From positions 95,108,001 to 95,172,000 of the forward strand of contig OX597819.1 in assembly GCA_951406725.2 (NCBI GenBank): a DNA stretch of 64,000 nt. The letters run 5' to 3'. The position numbers were made by a program, and so were the translations under genes. This stretch comes from Octopus vulgaris (Eukaryota). How positions within the stretch are numbered: the first letter of the stretch is position 1; each line of letters opens with the position of its first letter. Below the pieces are notes generated by a model that was not told the origin of the DNA, made no database searches, and saw only the letters and a program-made list of their open reading frames with translations. Of this stretch, positions 12,833 to 26,214 are shown one piece after another.

Positions 12833-13255
12833 TCATCATCGTCATCGTTTAACGTCCGCTTTCCATGCTAGCATGGGTTGGATGAATGACTGAGGGCTGG
12901 TGAACCAGATGGCTGCACCAGGCTTCAATCTTGAACTGGCAGAGTTTCTATAGCTGGATGCCCTTCCTAATGCCAACCACTCCAAGAGTGTAGTGGGTGC
13001 TTTTACGTGCCACCGGCACGGGGTCAGTGAGGCAGTACTAGCAATGACCTCGCTCGAATCTTTTACACATGCCACCGGCATAGGTGCCAGTAAGGCGATG
13101 CTGGTAATGATCATGCTCGAATGGTGTCTTTTACATGCCACCAGCATGGAGGTCAGATAGCCACTCCGGCAACGATCACGCTCGGATGGTGCTCTTTAAG
13201 GCAACGCTGGTAACGATCACGCTCGAATGGTGCCTTTTAAGTGCCACTGGCATGG
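12833..13255 (-). mobile_element. Same SINE-like family with about 4 internal units
   Basis: (CAT)n tail, family tail sequence and repeated CTTTTAC.TGCCACC.GCA units. Confidence 0.8.
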
Positions 13256-13564
13256 ATCATTTAAATGCTAAAGGGACTTCTGAATCACTCTGTGTGTGTG
13301 TGTGTGTCCCCATAAAAACATGAGTTGGATGGTTTGATAAGTTCAAAGACTCATTGTGCTCCAATGTCTACTCTGGCATGGTTTCTACAGTCAGATGCTC
13401 TTCCTAAAATCAACCAGTTTACAGCGAGTACTGGGTGACTTTTTCATGCAACCAGTATTATTAAGGTTGCCATGCATCTCAAGAGAGATGAGACAAGGTC
13501 AGCTTTATGCTAGGGGAAGAGGGGTTAAAGTGTAAAAGAAGGAGGGAGTAAAGCAGGTTCATGT

Positions 13565-13930
13565 TGGTTAAGCATGTTGCTTCCCAATTACATAGCTTTG
13601 AGGTCAATTCCAATGCTGGGTATTTGGACATGTGTGCTTTCTACTATAGTTCTGAGACAACCAAATCTCTGTATGTGGATTTGGCAGGTGAAAACTGAAT
13701 GATACTCCTCACAATGTATGTGTGTGTGTATAAACAAGCTTCATTGATATCAAAGTGGTGCCCCTTGTTTCCAGTCTTCTGTAAAAATGTCCAGCTATGG
13801 GTTAATATTACCTTGCACAGATACAGGTGACGGCTGGTGACAAGAATGTCATCTAATTATAGAATATCTGCCTCAATGAATTCAGTCAAACACATGCAAG
13901 CATGGAAAAGTGGATGGTAAAAACAATGAT
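13565..13930 (+). mobile_element. Degenerate tRNA-derived SINE with RTE-like tail
   Basis: Head homologous to 551-934; ends CATGCAAGCATGGAAAAGTGGA.G.TAAAA..ATGAT. Confidence 0.6.
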
Positions 13931-13935
13931 TTCAA

Positions 13936-13970
<35 letters not shown>

Positions 13971-14041
13971 CACACATACACAACCATATACAAAACATAT
14001 TAAACGTATATTTTATTTATTAGTACACATAGAAACATTTG

Positions 14042-14073
<32 letters not shown>

Positions 14074-14899
14074 TTTATACATATATATATTACATGCATA
14101 TTTTATTTGTTTGTAACATATATATGTTATTTATAAATACATACACATGTGGGAGTCTTTGTACACATACACTCACTTAAAGTATTATACTTATACCTAT
14201 TAACAAATCATCACATTGGTATGAGATGAAAAAAGTAGTGTCGAATAAAAGTACCTTGTAGTATTTCGTCCTTCTCCGGTTATGCCCCTTTAGGCTGTCT
14301 TTATAAATCCGTCTTTATCTCCCTTGGAGGTAGATAAAATTTGTACCAGAGAATTGAGTCATGTAAGGGTATATCCCCAGCATTATCGTTTTTTTGAATG
14401 ACAAATCAGTCTGAGATTAAAAGAGTGCATGTATTCATTTATTACATGTACACACACGTCCCTTAGTATGTATGGCCGTATTCAATATTTTTTTAAATAT
14501 ATACTTGTATGAAACTGGTACTTCACTGTGTCACTAAGGAATTTTTCACTCAAAGCCATCCTACTCAACCTTGTTTAAAGGATCACATCAACATCGAACA
14601 CGAAACTCCCAAGTAGCAGCGACTCCATGAACCACTACCATCGTGGGAATAAATATATTCAAGGATGTATTTATCTTATTTTGTACATTAAAAGCACGCG
14701 TGTTTTATTGAGTACTTTCATTTGCTAAGCCTTTCAACAAGCTGTGTGTGTAGTGCTATAGAGAGGATCGCCTACAAGGAATCGGATTTGATATTTAAAA
14801 GTAAAGAACACATTACGAAATAATATGGACAGCACCGACATCAAACATGTTTTATTGAAGTGACTTGCGCGTTTGTTTATAATTTGTGGTAAATTTATT

Positions 14900-15830
14900 T
14901 ACAATGATAAATAAAGAGGGAGGAAGGGGGCGTACAAGAATCAAGTTTGTGGCAGGAAGGAGAATTAGCAGAGGAAGTGGAGGCTGGAGAGAGATTCAAG
15001 TGACTGTAGAGAAAGAAAAAATGAAGCAAAGGAAGTGGAGAGAGAGGTAACAGTGTAACGATGGATATTATGAAGAAAGACTGGGTTTCAGTGAAGGGGT
15101 AAAGAGTTGAGGAAAGAATGAGAGCAAGAGGATGTAAGATTGTATAGATATAACATATTAAAGCATTAAGAGGAAAGAGTTAATGAGGTTTAAGTGAATG
15201 CTTAAAGAGAGAACAATAGGCATAAAGTATGGAAATTACATGATAAAATTATTAAAGGGGGTAAAGAAAAACAAAATAGGAGATAGAGTGGTAATATGAA
15301 AAAGAAAGAAAATGTATGTATGTGTGTGTGTGTGAGAGAGAGAGAAAGATAATAAGATTGGCAGAACAAATATCAAGGAGCATAAGGCAAAAACAAAAAT
15401 GAGAGAGAAAGTGTAAAATGGAAATAGTATTGAGGGAGATGAGAGAGGCAATCGAAATATAGAAGACGATTGAGAAAGAAAGATCAAGAAAGAATAAAGG
15501 TAGATGTGAGAATAAACAAAGAGATTCAAAGAAAAGGAATGTGCAAGAAATACGGGTGGAAAGAAGAAACAGGGAGGCAAGATTGTGCCAAAAAAAAATT
15601 ATATGAAGAGAGAGAATAAAAGAATATGAGAGGGAGCAAGTAGATTAGACACGAAAGAGAGAAGAAGGGAATGTATGAGTGAAAAAGTAAAAAAAAAAAG
15701 AGAGAGAGACAGAGAGGTTGAAAAGACAATAATAGTCATAAGAGAGTTAAAATGTGGGAGGAAAGAGAAAGGGAGAGAGAAAGAGACAGAGAGGGAGTGT
15801 GTATGTGTGTGTTTATATAAGAGATCCAGA
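14900..15830 (+). repeat. About 0.9 kb purine-rich low-complexity tract
   Basis: Strong A/G skew on the + strand with no clear periodic unit. Confidence 0.7.
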
Positions 15831-16081
15831 TGAGTAGAAGGAAGAGGAACGCATGCAGCAGCCGACTTGACAATTTTTACCCTCGTGACCGAAGTCTCAA
15901 CTATTGAATGAATTGGTCGAAGCGACATGTACACATGCTACAAATCATACGGCTGCCTCTGTGTATGTATGTGTAATAAGTAGTCACACAAACCCAGACT
16001 GACTGACTGACTGGTTGGTTGGTTGGTTGGTTGGCCGCTTGCTAGCTAGGTCGTTGGATGCATATATTACATACACACATG

Positions 16082-16113
<32 letters not shown>

Positions 16114-16946
16114 CATTCACACGTACCCCCACGGTAGTGTTGACGCACACATGCGTGTATGAAATACAAGACGCGTATAGTTGGGGAAATCAACATGAAA
16201 CTTGTTAGAAAGGCAACATTATATTAAATCTGTGATATTGATGACTTGATGATGATGATGATGATGTTCCTCCCCCTCCCACAAATGCCTTGCATCAACC
16301 TGAAACATAGCTAATATCTTTTATAAATTCGACTGTCTCTGAACTGGGACCCAAATAGCCGTGACAACTACTACTACATCAGCAAACAAGATTTTTAACA
16401 AGACATCACGGATAACACTGGCTTCTTTTTCTTTCTCTATTATTTATTTCGGAAGGAAAAGCTGTGAGGGAGAGCTACAATGTTCTTTATTTATCAACCC
16501 CAGAAAGGGATTAATGTTGACCAGTCAAGATTCGAACACAAAATCTGTGAAGGACCAAACAGTCTCGATTATTATAACTCCTGTATATATGTATGGGCAT
16601 TGTCCCTAGTTATGCGTATGTATGTATACATATATGTGTGTGTATTCATTATATATACATGTTTATATGTATGTACATATGTATATTTATGTGTGTGTAT
16701 ATATATATATATATAATGTATGTATATATATATATATATACACGTATATTTATATGCATACATATATATATACACGTATATTTATATACATACATATATG
16801 TGCACATATTTATATACATATATTTGTAGATATATGTATATATATCTGTGTATAGACATATATGTTTATATATGTATGTGTATAGATATATATCTATATA
16901 GATATGTATATATATATATATATGTGTGTGTGTAAATGTATGTATG

Positions 16947-16987
<41 letters not shown>

Positions 16988-17004
16988 AAATGTATGTATG
17001 TATA

Positions 17005-17035
<31 letters not shown>

Positions 17036-18312
17036 CTATATTATACGAATAAGGATACGAAGAATGCATATAGTCGTTTATACAAAAACAAATTCCTTCA
17101 TCACTATTCTTACTTGTATATGTTAATCTTCGTAATAATTACTGCCTTTAACAAATGAGGCACCTGGAGATTTTGCACCAGTGAACCTTGAATTTTGCTC
17201 AAGTTCCGAAGTAAGAGTGTAGATAGCCCAAAGTTCGTGTTGAGTACTGCATAAGAAATATACCGATTTCTACCCTATCAGGCCCTACACTATTATATAT
17301 ATAAGTGTGTATATCTGTTCCGTTCAGGTAAGATCAACAAAACAAAGTATTCCACCCAGTGAGCGATAAATAAAGATATTTATGTACACAATATAAAGAT
17401 ACAAGCTACTAATAGTTCCATGCTTAAAAACCTGCTTGGACTCGGGTCTCCAATGCATGAAACTACAAATAGTTTGTATCTGTATACTGTTACACTGTGT
17501 ACATTAAATTATATATATGTATATAATATACATACATCCTTATCTATGTGTGTGTCTGTATATATATACATATATAATTGGAAATAATGATTTATTTTAT
17601 TTGCCGCAAGGACAGTGATGAGCGGACAGGTTACATATAATGAGGAGGTGTGCACTGAAATCGAATAAGATAGAATAATTAGAAAAATTTGTCATTATAC
17701 ACCAAATAAGTGTATATACACGCATGTAATACTGATCAGCCTTGGGTAAGTGATTATATACAAACCCAGACATCTGTATATCGATACACGTGTATGTATA
17801 TATAGCTTTAGACTAGTTGTCCTTCGAAGTTCCATGCCACAAAGGAAGAGGGAGTTTTCATTATTTTTTTGTTTCAAGTATTCCCGTGTTTTATACAACT
17901 GAAATCATGATGCCTAGAAGATTATTTTCTCTATTTTTTATATATTTTCATTTCTGGCACCTCCACTACTTCTATACCCCTTTCTGTTCTACCATGAGGT
18001 ATGGGACTTCGTGTATTGCCATGAAGAAGCTATATAACGGAACCAAATCAGTGCTAGTAGAACCTTCTCATGCTGCAAAAGATATTCGAAGAGTTTGCGA
18101 ATCATGTCTCAGACATGTTCATACGTGGCGAATAGATTGTAGTGAAAGAGTTAACAGTGACACGTTCAAATATATAGGCACAACTTACAGGACGGATGTA
18201 TATTTAAACTATTTATTCTTTTGACATAAAACATGATTAAGTCCTTATAGCATTCGTATTTAAAGGATATGGTGGATGAAGCCGGCTGATTTAACAGAAC
18301 ACTCTCTCTTTC

Positions 18313-18363
<51 letters not shown>

Positions 18364-18925
18364 TACACATGGAGAGGGAGAGAGAAGAATTAAATGTACA
18401 ACAGAAATGTAACGAGACATGTAAAACTAAAGACAGATTACATGTGTGTATATTTACACACGCACACGAAAGAGAGAAAGATAATGTATGTGTGTAATAT
18501 ATATATATGTAAAGAGACGGAAGGAGGGGGGCAAATAGACATGATTCGAAAGGGTTAATGTCTGTGTCCATCGCTCTGAATGAAAGAATTATCTATCGGT
18601 GATAGTGAAGAAGACATCAACAGCCACACACGCGATCATCAACAACCACTAACATTACAATCACCAACAACAAACCGATTTATTAAAGAAACAAGGTTGC
18701 TAAATCAATGAAAACAAACAAAAACGACAACTATAGATTGGGGTTAACTAGGATATCCAGCAGTTTGCCATCCTTTAATAGTGAACCCCGAATACACACA
18801 CACACACACACATATATATATAAACACACACATAACTACAACTATAAACATACTTCGCATACGGAGCAAAAGAAAAGGTAAGATAAGCGTGTGTGTGTGT
18901 GTATATGTATGTATATATATATGTA

Positions 18926-18965
<40 letters not shown>

Positions 18966-19007
18966 CATATATATATATACATACATATATATATATACAT
19001 ACATATA

Positions 19008-19047
<40 letters not shown>

Positions 19048-19563
19048 CATACATATATATATATACATACATATATATATATATATTATATATATATCAT
19101 ATATATATATATATAATGTAAGACTAGCCCACACACATACACACACAGATACAGAAACACACACACATACACACAGCCATATTGAATTCCACATACCTTC
19201 TCGTTAAGTTTCAGGTGTGCTTTTTTTGTTTCCTCTCTCCCTCCTTCTCTTACTCTTGTAATTTGGCCTAAATCCAATTAATAATTAAAATAATATAATT
19301 AAACAATATCTCCGTGGTCCGGTGTTCATTAACAATGAATCAAATCTTGTTTCTTGCAATGCTCTTGTTTTGAATCACTGATTCTATGTCTTAAATGATT
19401 GTTCGTTTTTATGCAACAAATATAACACATCTTCTTAGGTGTAAGTGATTATTAATACTTTGACGTTTTGTTATAAAACATGTTACTTCAAAAGAGTGTC
19501 TTATATAAAAGAAATAAGATTAAACATTTCAAATTCTGTTCTGTGCTTAGTAAAAAAAAGCTA

Positions 19564-19613
<50 letters not shown>

Positions 19614-20933
19614 TCACTTCACTTGATATGGATTATCAATGGAACTTTTGTTATTCTTGTTATTCGTTCGATCTTGTTTAATATGTTGTTTTCTCTTCTT
19701 TTATAGTAGTTGACCATTAAACATCAAAAATAAGAAAATAATGAGTTACTGGCTATTGTGTGTTATTTAGGCTGTATAGAGTGGCTTAATTTAAGTCATA
19801 TTATCTTTATACATAATAATATATTTCAGTTCGTCTTGTTTTAACACACACACATACGTATATATAAAGATCTTTTTGTCTATATCTCTCTTTCTATGTA
19901 TATATAAATAATGGGATGTATATTTACATATAGAAACGTATTATTAAATCACTGTATCTGAATGAAAGCTTTATCTATATAAAACCTTTTACATAAATGC
20001 ATATATATTATATATACATAAATACAACCTACTATAGAGGTAGCGATCTCATACACTAATGAATATATTACTGTCTGCTAGTGCCTTACATGTCTGTCGC
20101 TTAGCCAATCAAATTTTGACATTAGGCGGCGCTGTTAACTCCTGCTGCTGCTGCTGCTGGCGCTCCTCTCACTCTACCAACCCCACTCACTGTTATCTGC
20201 TTCTTACTTCATGTATCTCGAATTTCTCTGGTTTTTCCTTCTACTCTAGTTAACTATATAGCACTCTTTTAATTCTCTCTTATCTATTGGTCTATTGCTG
20301 TCGTTTTCTTTACTTTTCTTGGGATATTCTACCGTCTTAATATCTTGTAATATAACTGAGGTTTTCTTTTGCTTCATTTTGTTGTTGTTGTTATACAGTA
20401 ACTTCGAAGTTCCATCTCTTCGAAATGTCATGCACACATACGTTGAATGTATTTTTTTTTTGTTTTTCTTTTCTAACACGTTCACATGTACGTGTATGGA
20501 AATATTAACATTTCATGTATGTATATGTGTGTGTGAATGAGTTAATAAACACAATATATGTTTTTATGTGCTACTATTAGTTTCATGCGACGAAAGTATA
20601 TCAGACAGTATTCTTAATACGCCTGGTGTCTCTACAATATATATATATATATATAGTGATACCTCGCAGTACGAGTTTAATTCGTTCCATGACCGAGCTT
20701 GTTTTACAAATCAACTTTTCCCCATTGAAATTAACTAAAATATAATTAATCCGTTCCAGCCCTCAGTAAAGGCCCCAAAATAATTATTTTTATTTTTATT
20801 TTATGGATTTTAAAACAGAAAAAATGTAGTTACAAATAAAATGACAACTATAAGAAAGAGAATGCAAAAGAAATATGTAAGCTGGTTTTATTAACTGAAT
20901 TATCTTTAAAATGGGACAAATATGCGCGTGGAA

Positions 20934-21306
20934 AGGCGGCGAGCAGGCAGAATCGTTAGCACGCCGGGCGAAATGCGTAGCCGTATTTCGTCTGCCGTTA
21001 CGTTCTGAGTTCAAATTCCGCCGAGGTCGACTTTGCCTTTCATCCTTTCGGGGTCGATTAAATAAGTACCAGTTACGCACTGAGGTCGATATAATCGACT
21101 TAATCCGTTTGTCTGTCCTTGTTCGTCCTTCCTGTGGGTAGTAAAGAAATAGGTATTTCGTCTGTCTTTATGTTCTGAGTTCAAATTTGCCTTTCGTCCT
21201 TTCGGGGTCTATAAATTAAGTACCAGTTGCGTACTGCAATCGATATAATCGACTGGCTCATTCACCCAAAATTTCGGGCCTTGTGCCTAGAGCAGAAAAG
21301 AATTCG
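20934..21306 (+). mobile_element. tRNA-derived SINE (Meta-domain-like core), internally duplicated, inserted in the Tigger
   Basis: GGCGGCGAGC.GGCAGAATCGTTAG head, GAGTTCAAATTCC B box, core GCCTTTCATCCTTTCGGGGTCGAT..ATAAGTACC present twice. TSD TGCGCGTGGAA at 20923-33 and 21307-17. Confidence 0.9.
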
Positions 21307-21371
21307 TGCGCGTGGAAGATGGTAGAGCGGGGGGAGGGGTTACTGTTTGGAAGAAGAATCTCTTACCATTT

Positions 21372-23140
21372 TCAGGAAGAACAATTTCTGGCGTTTTCTC
21401 TCTCCGTTAATTTAGGCTTTTTGAACACACTTTCTTCACTTTTTACATTTGCAGGTCGTTTCATTAGAAACATATCAAGAGAAGTTTGCTTTTTCCTGCC
21501 TTTCAAAATGTTACGAAAATGTGTCATAGCAGTGTCATTAAATAAAGCAGCTGTAAGACCTGCAGCTACTTTTTCAGGATGATATTTTTCTACAAATTCA
21601 GAAACATTCTGCCACTTTGCCAACACTGCCTTTATGTCACTCGTAGAGATAGCATTCTCCGCTATACTGTCCTCCTCCAGAAAATCAATCTCTTCTCCTG
21701 CTTCCGAATGCTGCTGCTCTTGAAGCTGCAGAAGTTCATCTTTTCGTCAGTTCCTTCCAGTGTTCCTCGACGAGATCGTTAATGTCCCCATTATCAACCT
21801 CAAGGCCCATGGACTTGCCAAGAGACACTATCTCCTCGACTACAGGTGTCTCAGTCTCAAACACCTCAAAGTATCTTTCAGATACGCAGTCAGGCCACAG
21901 TTTCCTCAATGCAGAATTCAGCATTCTCCTCGTTACAACCTGTCAGGCCATATCAATGATTTTCAAGCAGTTTACAATGTTGTAGTGCTCCTTCTAAAAG
22001 TCACGAAGGGTTAAATTTGTATTTTCGGTCAGTTCAAAGCACCGACGAAACAGGTGTTTGGTGTACAATTTCTTAAAATTAGAAATCACCTATTGGTCCA
22101 TGGGCTGCGAAATAGGGGTTGTGTTGAGTGAAAGGTACATAGCTTTTGTAAATTTAAATTCGTCCAGGATATCATCTTTGAGGTTAGGGTGGGGTGAGCA
22201 GGAACATTGTCGAGGACGAGGAGGCCCTTGAGAGGAAGACTGTTCTCCAGAAGGTACTTTTTTCACTGCTGGTCCGAAGACAAGGTTGACCCACTGGGAG
22301 AAGAGTTGCCTGGTGACCCAGGCTTTAACGTTTGCCTTCCACATGACCTGCAGCTTCTCCTTCAAGATTTTGTGTGAGTTGAACGCTCGTGGGTTTTCGG
22401 AATGATAGACAAGGAGCGGTTTAATCTCCAAGTCTCCACTCGCATTGGCACAAAAGACGAGAGTTAGCCTATCCTTCATAGGCTTGTGGCCTGGCATTTT
22501 ATTCTCCCTTACAGTTATGCAGGTTCTTCTGGGCATATTTATCCAAAAAAAGGCCAGTTTCATCACAATTGAATACCTGCTGTGCGATGTACCCCCTCGG
22601 TTGCGATGAGCTGACGGAATTCACGCACGAAATCTTCAGCTGCCTCAATAACAGAACTCGCTGCTTTTCCATGCCTGACAACACTTTGAACACCAGTCCT
22701 CTTCTTGAAATTATCAAACCAGCCGCGACAGGCCTTAAATGCGTCTGCTGATGCCTCTTCCGTCGATGTTCCAGGGTTCTGCTTCTGGAGATTCCTATAC
22801 AGCGCTCGTGCTTTTTCGTTGATGATAGTCTCCTTAAACGTATCCCCTGCGAGTTGCTTCTCGTTGATCCACAGGAGAAGCAATTTTTCCATCCTTTCGT
22901 GAACAGATGTGCGTTACTTAGAGAGCCTGGAGACAGCATTTGCTGTTGTAACGGCCTTGATTTCATCCGTTTTCTTCAGGATGGTGCAGATCGTCGACAT
23001 GCTTCGGTCGTATTGACGCGCTATATCCACTACATGCACTCCTCTCAGGTTTATCAATGATTTCCTTCTTCAATTCTATCGTAATTAGCTTTTTCTTCTT
23101 CTCAGCACTGTCCTTTGTACTAACCTACGAACCCTAACAA
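21372..23140 (-). pseudogene. Frameshifted Tigger1-like transposase (HTH_psq, CENP-B HTH, DDE_1)
   Basis: KKKLITIELKKEII; MEKLLLLWINEKQLAGD...FKACRGWFDNFKKR; FNCDETGLF; KDRLTLVFCANASG; NTTPISQPMDQ; KKQTSLDMFL. Confidence 0.9.
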
Positions 23141-23470
23141 CTAATTATTATAAAATAATAGCCAGAAAAAAAAAAACGCACAAAACAAAAAAAAAAAAAA
23201 TGGGAAAAACACAATAGGGATGCTGCCACAACGATAAACACGTGAACTGAGCGAGCGTAGACTGCGCTTGTTGGGAGAGCGTGTGCGAGCTCAGCGCCGA
23301 CTAGTCGCTTGCAGGAAACTCGCTCGTAATGCGGATTTCCGCTCGTACTTCAAGACAAAACTTCACACGAGCTTCGGCTCGTGCAGCAAATTACTCGTAC
23401 AATGGTGCACTCGTACTGCGAGGTTCTACTCTACTGTATATATATGTGTGTGTGTATATTTATATATATG

Positions 23471-23577
<107 letters not shown>

Positions 23578-23627
23578 GTATATATATATACATATATATG
23601 TATGTATGTATATATATATATATATAT

Positions 23628-23906
23628 ATATTATATTATATTAAATTAGAGATAAAACCACTATTAGGCAAATCAAACAATGAAAAACTTAAGCCAATAC
23701 ATAAAATTAATTAATTTATATTATTTTAAATATATAAAATAATATGAATTAATTAATTTTATGTATTGGCTTAAGTTTTTCATTGTTTGATTTGCCTAAT
23801 AGTGGTTTTATCTCTAATTTAATATAATATAATATTTTACTATAAAATTGGATTCAATCCTAAATCTGATTTTTCCCTGTAAGTTTGGATTTATTCCCTA
23901 ATATTT

Positions 23907-23910
<4 letters not shown>
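23628..23910. repeat. About 100 bp-arm near-perfect palindrome with one-sided tail, inside (TA)n
   Basis: Arms about 23628-23728 and 23735-23835 (one mismatch seen), 6-nt spacer, then about 75 bp of unpaired tail. Confidence 0.9.
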
Positions 23911-23959
<49 letters not shown>

Positions 23960-24129
23960 AATATCTCCACGCGTACACATAAAGCTATAGATATTGGGTT
24001 GAAAACCCCTTTTGGATAGAAAAAGTTAAAATCTAATTACCACTGATAATTCTTAAACGTCACATTTTTCTTTTCAGGCTTTCAAATATAAGTTTTTTCC
24101 AAATGATGTGTTGTTATCATATATATGTC

Positions 24130-24430
24130 ATTATAATCATTTTCCTGTGACTGGCGCATCCAGTCGCTGAGATGCTATTGTAGATATCCTGATGGCTAAC
24201 AATCACCACAAGGCCCTTTCTGTCACACGTAGAAGGGCCGCAGTGTTGAGGCCCATCAAGTTTTTTGATGTCAGACCAGGATTTTCTTTGCGTTTTCTAC
24301 ACCCTTCTACAAGTGTTTTCTGAAAATGGTTTTCAACGGGGATCCATGGCTGTAAAAGGCGAGCTTTCATCGGTTCATTGTGGTGAGGAGTGGTTCATGA
24401 TTGCCGGCATATTTGACAGCTTGCTACCTG
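24130..24430 (-). mobile_element. RTE-clade LINE 3' fragment
   Basis: Minus strand gives approximately LKTI..TLVEGCRKR.RKSWSD.K...GLNTAALLRVTERALW, which resembles the RTE ORF C-terminus. Confidence 0.55.
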
Positions 24431-24461
24431 AAAGAGCGCTTTAGCTTATACTCTGTAAAGG

Positions 24462-24730
24462 CCTTGGCTTAGTGGCTTAGGATGTTGAGCTCACGATCAT
24501 TATATCTTGGGTTCAATTCTTGGACCGGCCTGTGCGTTGTGTCTAGAGCTAGATACTTCATTTCACGTTGCTACAGTCTTTTCAGCTGAAAATAAGTATG
24601 ACCCCAAGGACTGATGCAGTCCCTTTCCCTCCACTTGTCACTTGATGCTCTACTAGGTCATGGGTAGTATCGCAGACAGGGTATCCATATCTGCTGGCGA
24701 CTGATGGGCATGTATACCAATTAACGAAAG
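24462..24730 (+). mobile_element. tRNA-derived SINE (third family; minus-strand relative at about 26545-26710)
   Basis: GGCTTAGTGG A box, GGTTCAATTC B box, then ACTTCATTTCACGTTGCT core. Confidence 0.65.
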
Positions 24731-25497
24731 CGTGGTACATGTCATACTTATTTGCGAATGTTTGTTCTGGTTTTTCTGTGCGCAAGATAAATTCCTTGCA
24801 AAACTCAGACCATCTTCTGCTTTTGAGCAGTCTCAAAGAGAAGAGCGAAAAGAGAGAGAGAAGAGGAAGAAGATCCTTTTTTTTTCTATTCTCAATGATA
24901 GGTTGCTTCGTTTTCCTTTTCTTTTTTTTTTATCAGTTTTATCGTCTGAAAAACGATTTTGTCATTTTCCTTTATCCCAGATTCGATGTTATCACACGAG
25001 GCTATTTATTCACTTCTTGGCCGCCTTCATTTTCCTTACTAATTTAATTTTTCTTTTCATAGTATTGTGCTGCTGGTTTCTTTGGAATTTGCTTAGTTCA
25101 TCTTTAGATTCCGTTTAGTATCACTTGGGTATAGGATATCAGCAGTCCATAGCTATTTTCCCCTTCATTTCTCTAACATTTCTGAAACTAATTCGCGAAG
25201 AGTTTCCTGTATCTATATTTGTAAGCGGTGATGTTTGTCTCTTTGAATTAAACAACGTCGCCATTTCTCACGAATCTTTACCATATTTCGCCTAGAGATC
25301 CAGATGCAACCCTGAATAATACATGAATAACAAAAATACTGGTCTGAGGTCTTCTTCGAATAAAACAAGAATGAAACAAGAAGAGAGATTTGGAGAGACT
25401 GAAAATTGTTACGAAGCAATAATTAAGTGGCAATGTTAGCATGAGTCACGAAAAAGTCATTTTGTTACATCATACTTTTCCTCCTCAAGTCTTCCAT

Positions 25498-25536
<39 letters not shown>

Positions 25537-25705
25537 TCTCTGACACACACACTCTCTCTCTCTTTCACACACATTCTCAAACATCTTTCATAATATATAT
25601 GTATATGTATGTATTTATATATGTGTGTGTGTGTGTGCATACATGTATGTATACATGCATATATATGCACGCGCGCGCACACATACGCATACACACGCAC
25701 GCACA

Positions 25706-25740
<35 letters not shown>

Positions 25741-25743
<3 letters not shown>

Positions 25744-25852
25744 CCTGCTCGCTTAGCCAGCGGGGTGGCGTCATTTGAAGGCTAAAACAATGCGAAGCGC
25801 ATTGTGACCAGCGATGTGTAACAACATCTGATGGTCCGGTCGGTCACGTGAT

Positions 25853-25860
<8 letters not shown>
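25741..25860 (+). repeat. Short retroposon-like 3' fragment ending in CACGTGAT repeats, inside (TA)n
   Basis: GC-richer 120 bp island between TA tracts, ending GGTCACGTGATCACGTGAT. Confidence 0.45.
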
Positions 25861-25919
<59 letters not shown>

Positions 25920-25920
25920 T

Positions 25921-26110
25921 CCGTCTTTGCATCTCTCATCCCCTTGCTGCTTTCAACTCATTTCCTGCTCCGTACAAACCATTAGGCATAGTCCTTCTTT
26001 CCTAGAACCTCTGGAATCGTCTCCCAACACATATCTTTCTTGCTGGTGTCGACCGCCAAAACATTAAACGAAACATTTACAGTCTCATGTTCACCGGTCT
26101 CGGAAGGTTT
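25921..26110 (+). mobile_element. CR1/Jockey-like LINE 3' fragment
   Basis: SFFPRT..WNRLPTHIF-like motif, homologous to 37500-37615. Confidence 0.55.
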
Positions 26111-26214
26111 GCAAAAATAATGGGCGCTACTTCTGACTCATCAAGTATAAAATGCATAAGCAAATATATAATATCCATTAGCATACACGTACATATATAT
26201 TCACACGCAAACAC

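Larger units (their letters stand above)
20654..23436 (-). mobile_element. Tigger/pogo DNA transposon, near full length
   Basis: TIRs (C/T)AGT..(T/A)ACCTCGCAGTACGAG at both ends, flanked by TA. Contains a transposase remnant and an inserted SINE. Confidence 0.92.

Noticed and set aside
17817-18224. 135-aa ORF
   Set aside because: No recognisable domain, non-ATG start and no splice support.
20934-21030. tRNA-like A/B boxes
   Set aside because: These are SINE heads; no cloverleaf forms, so no tRNA gene was called.
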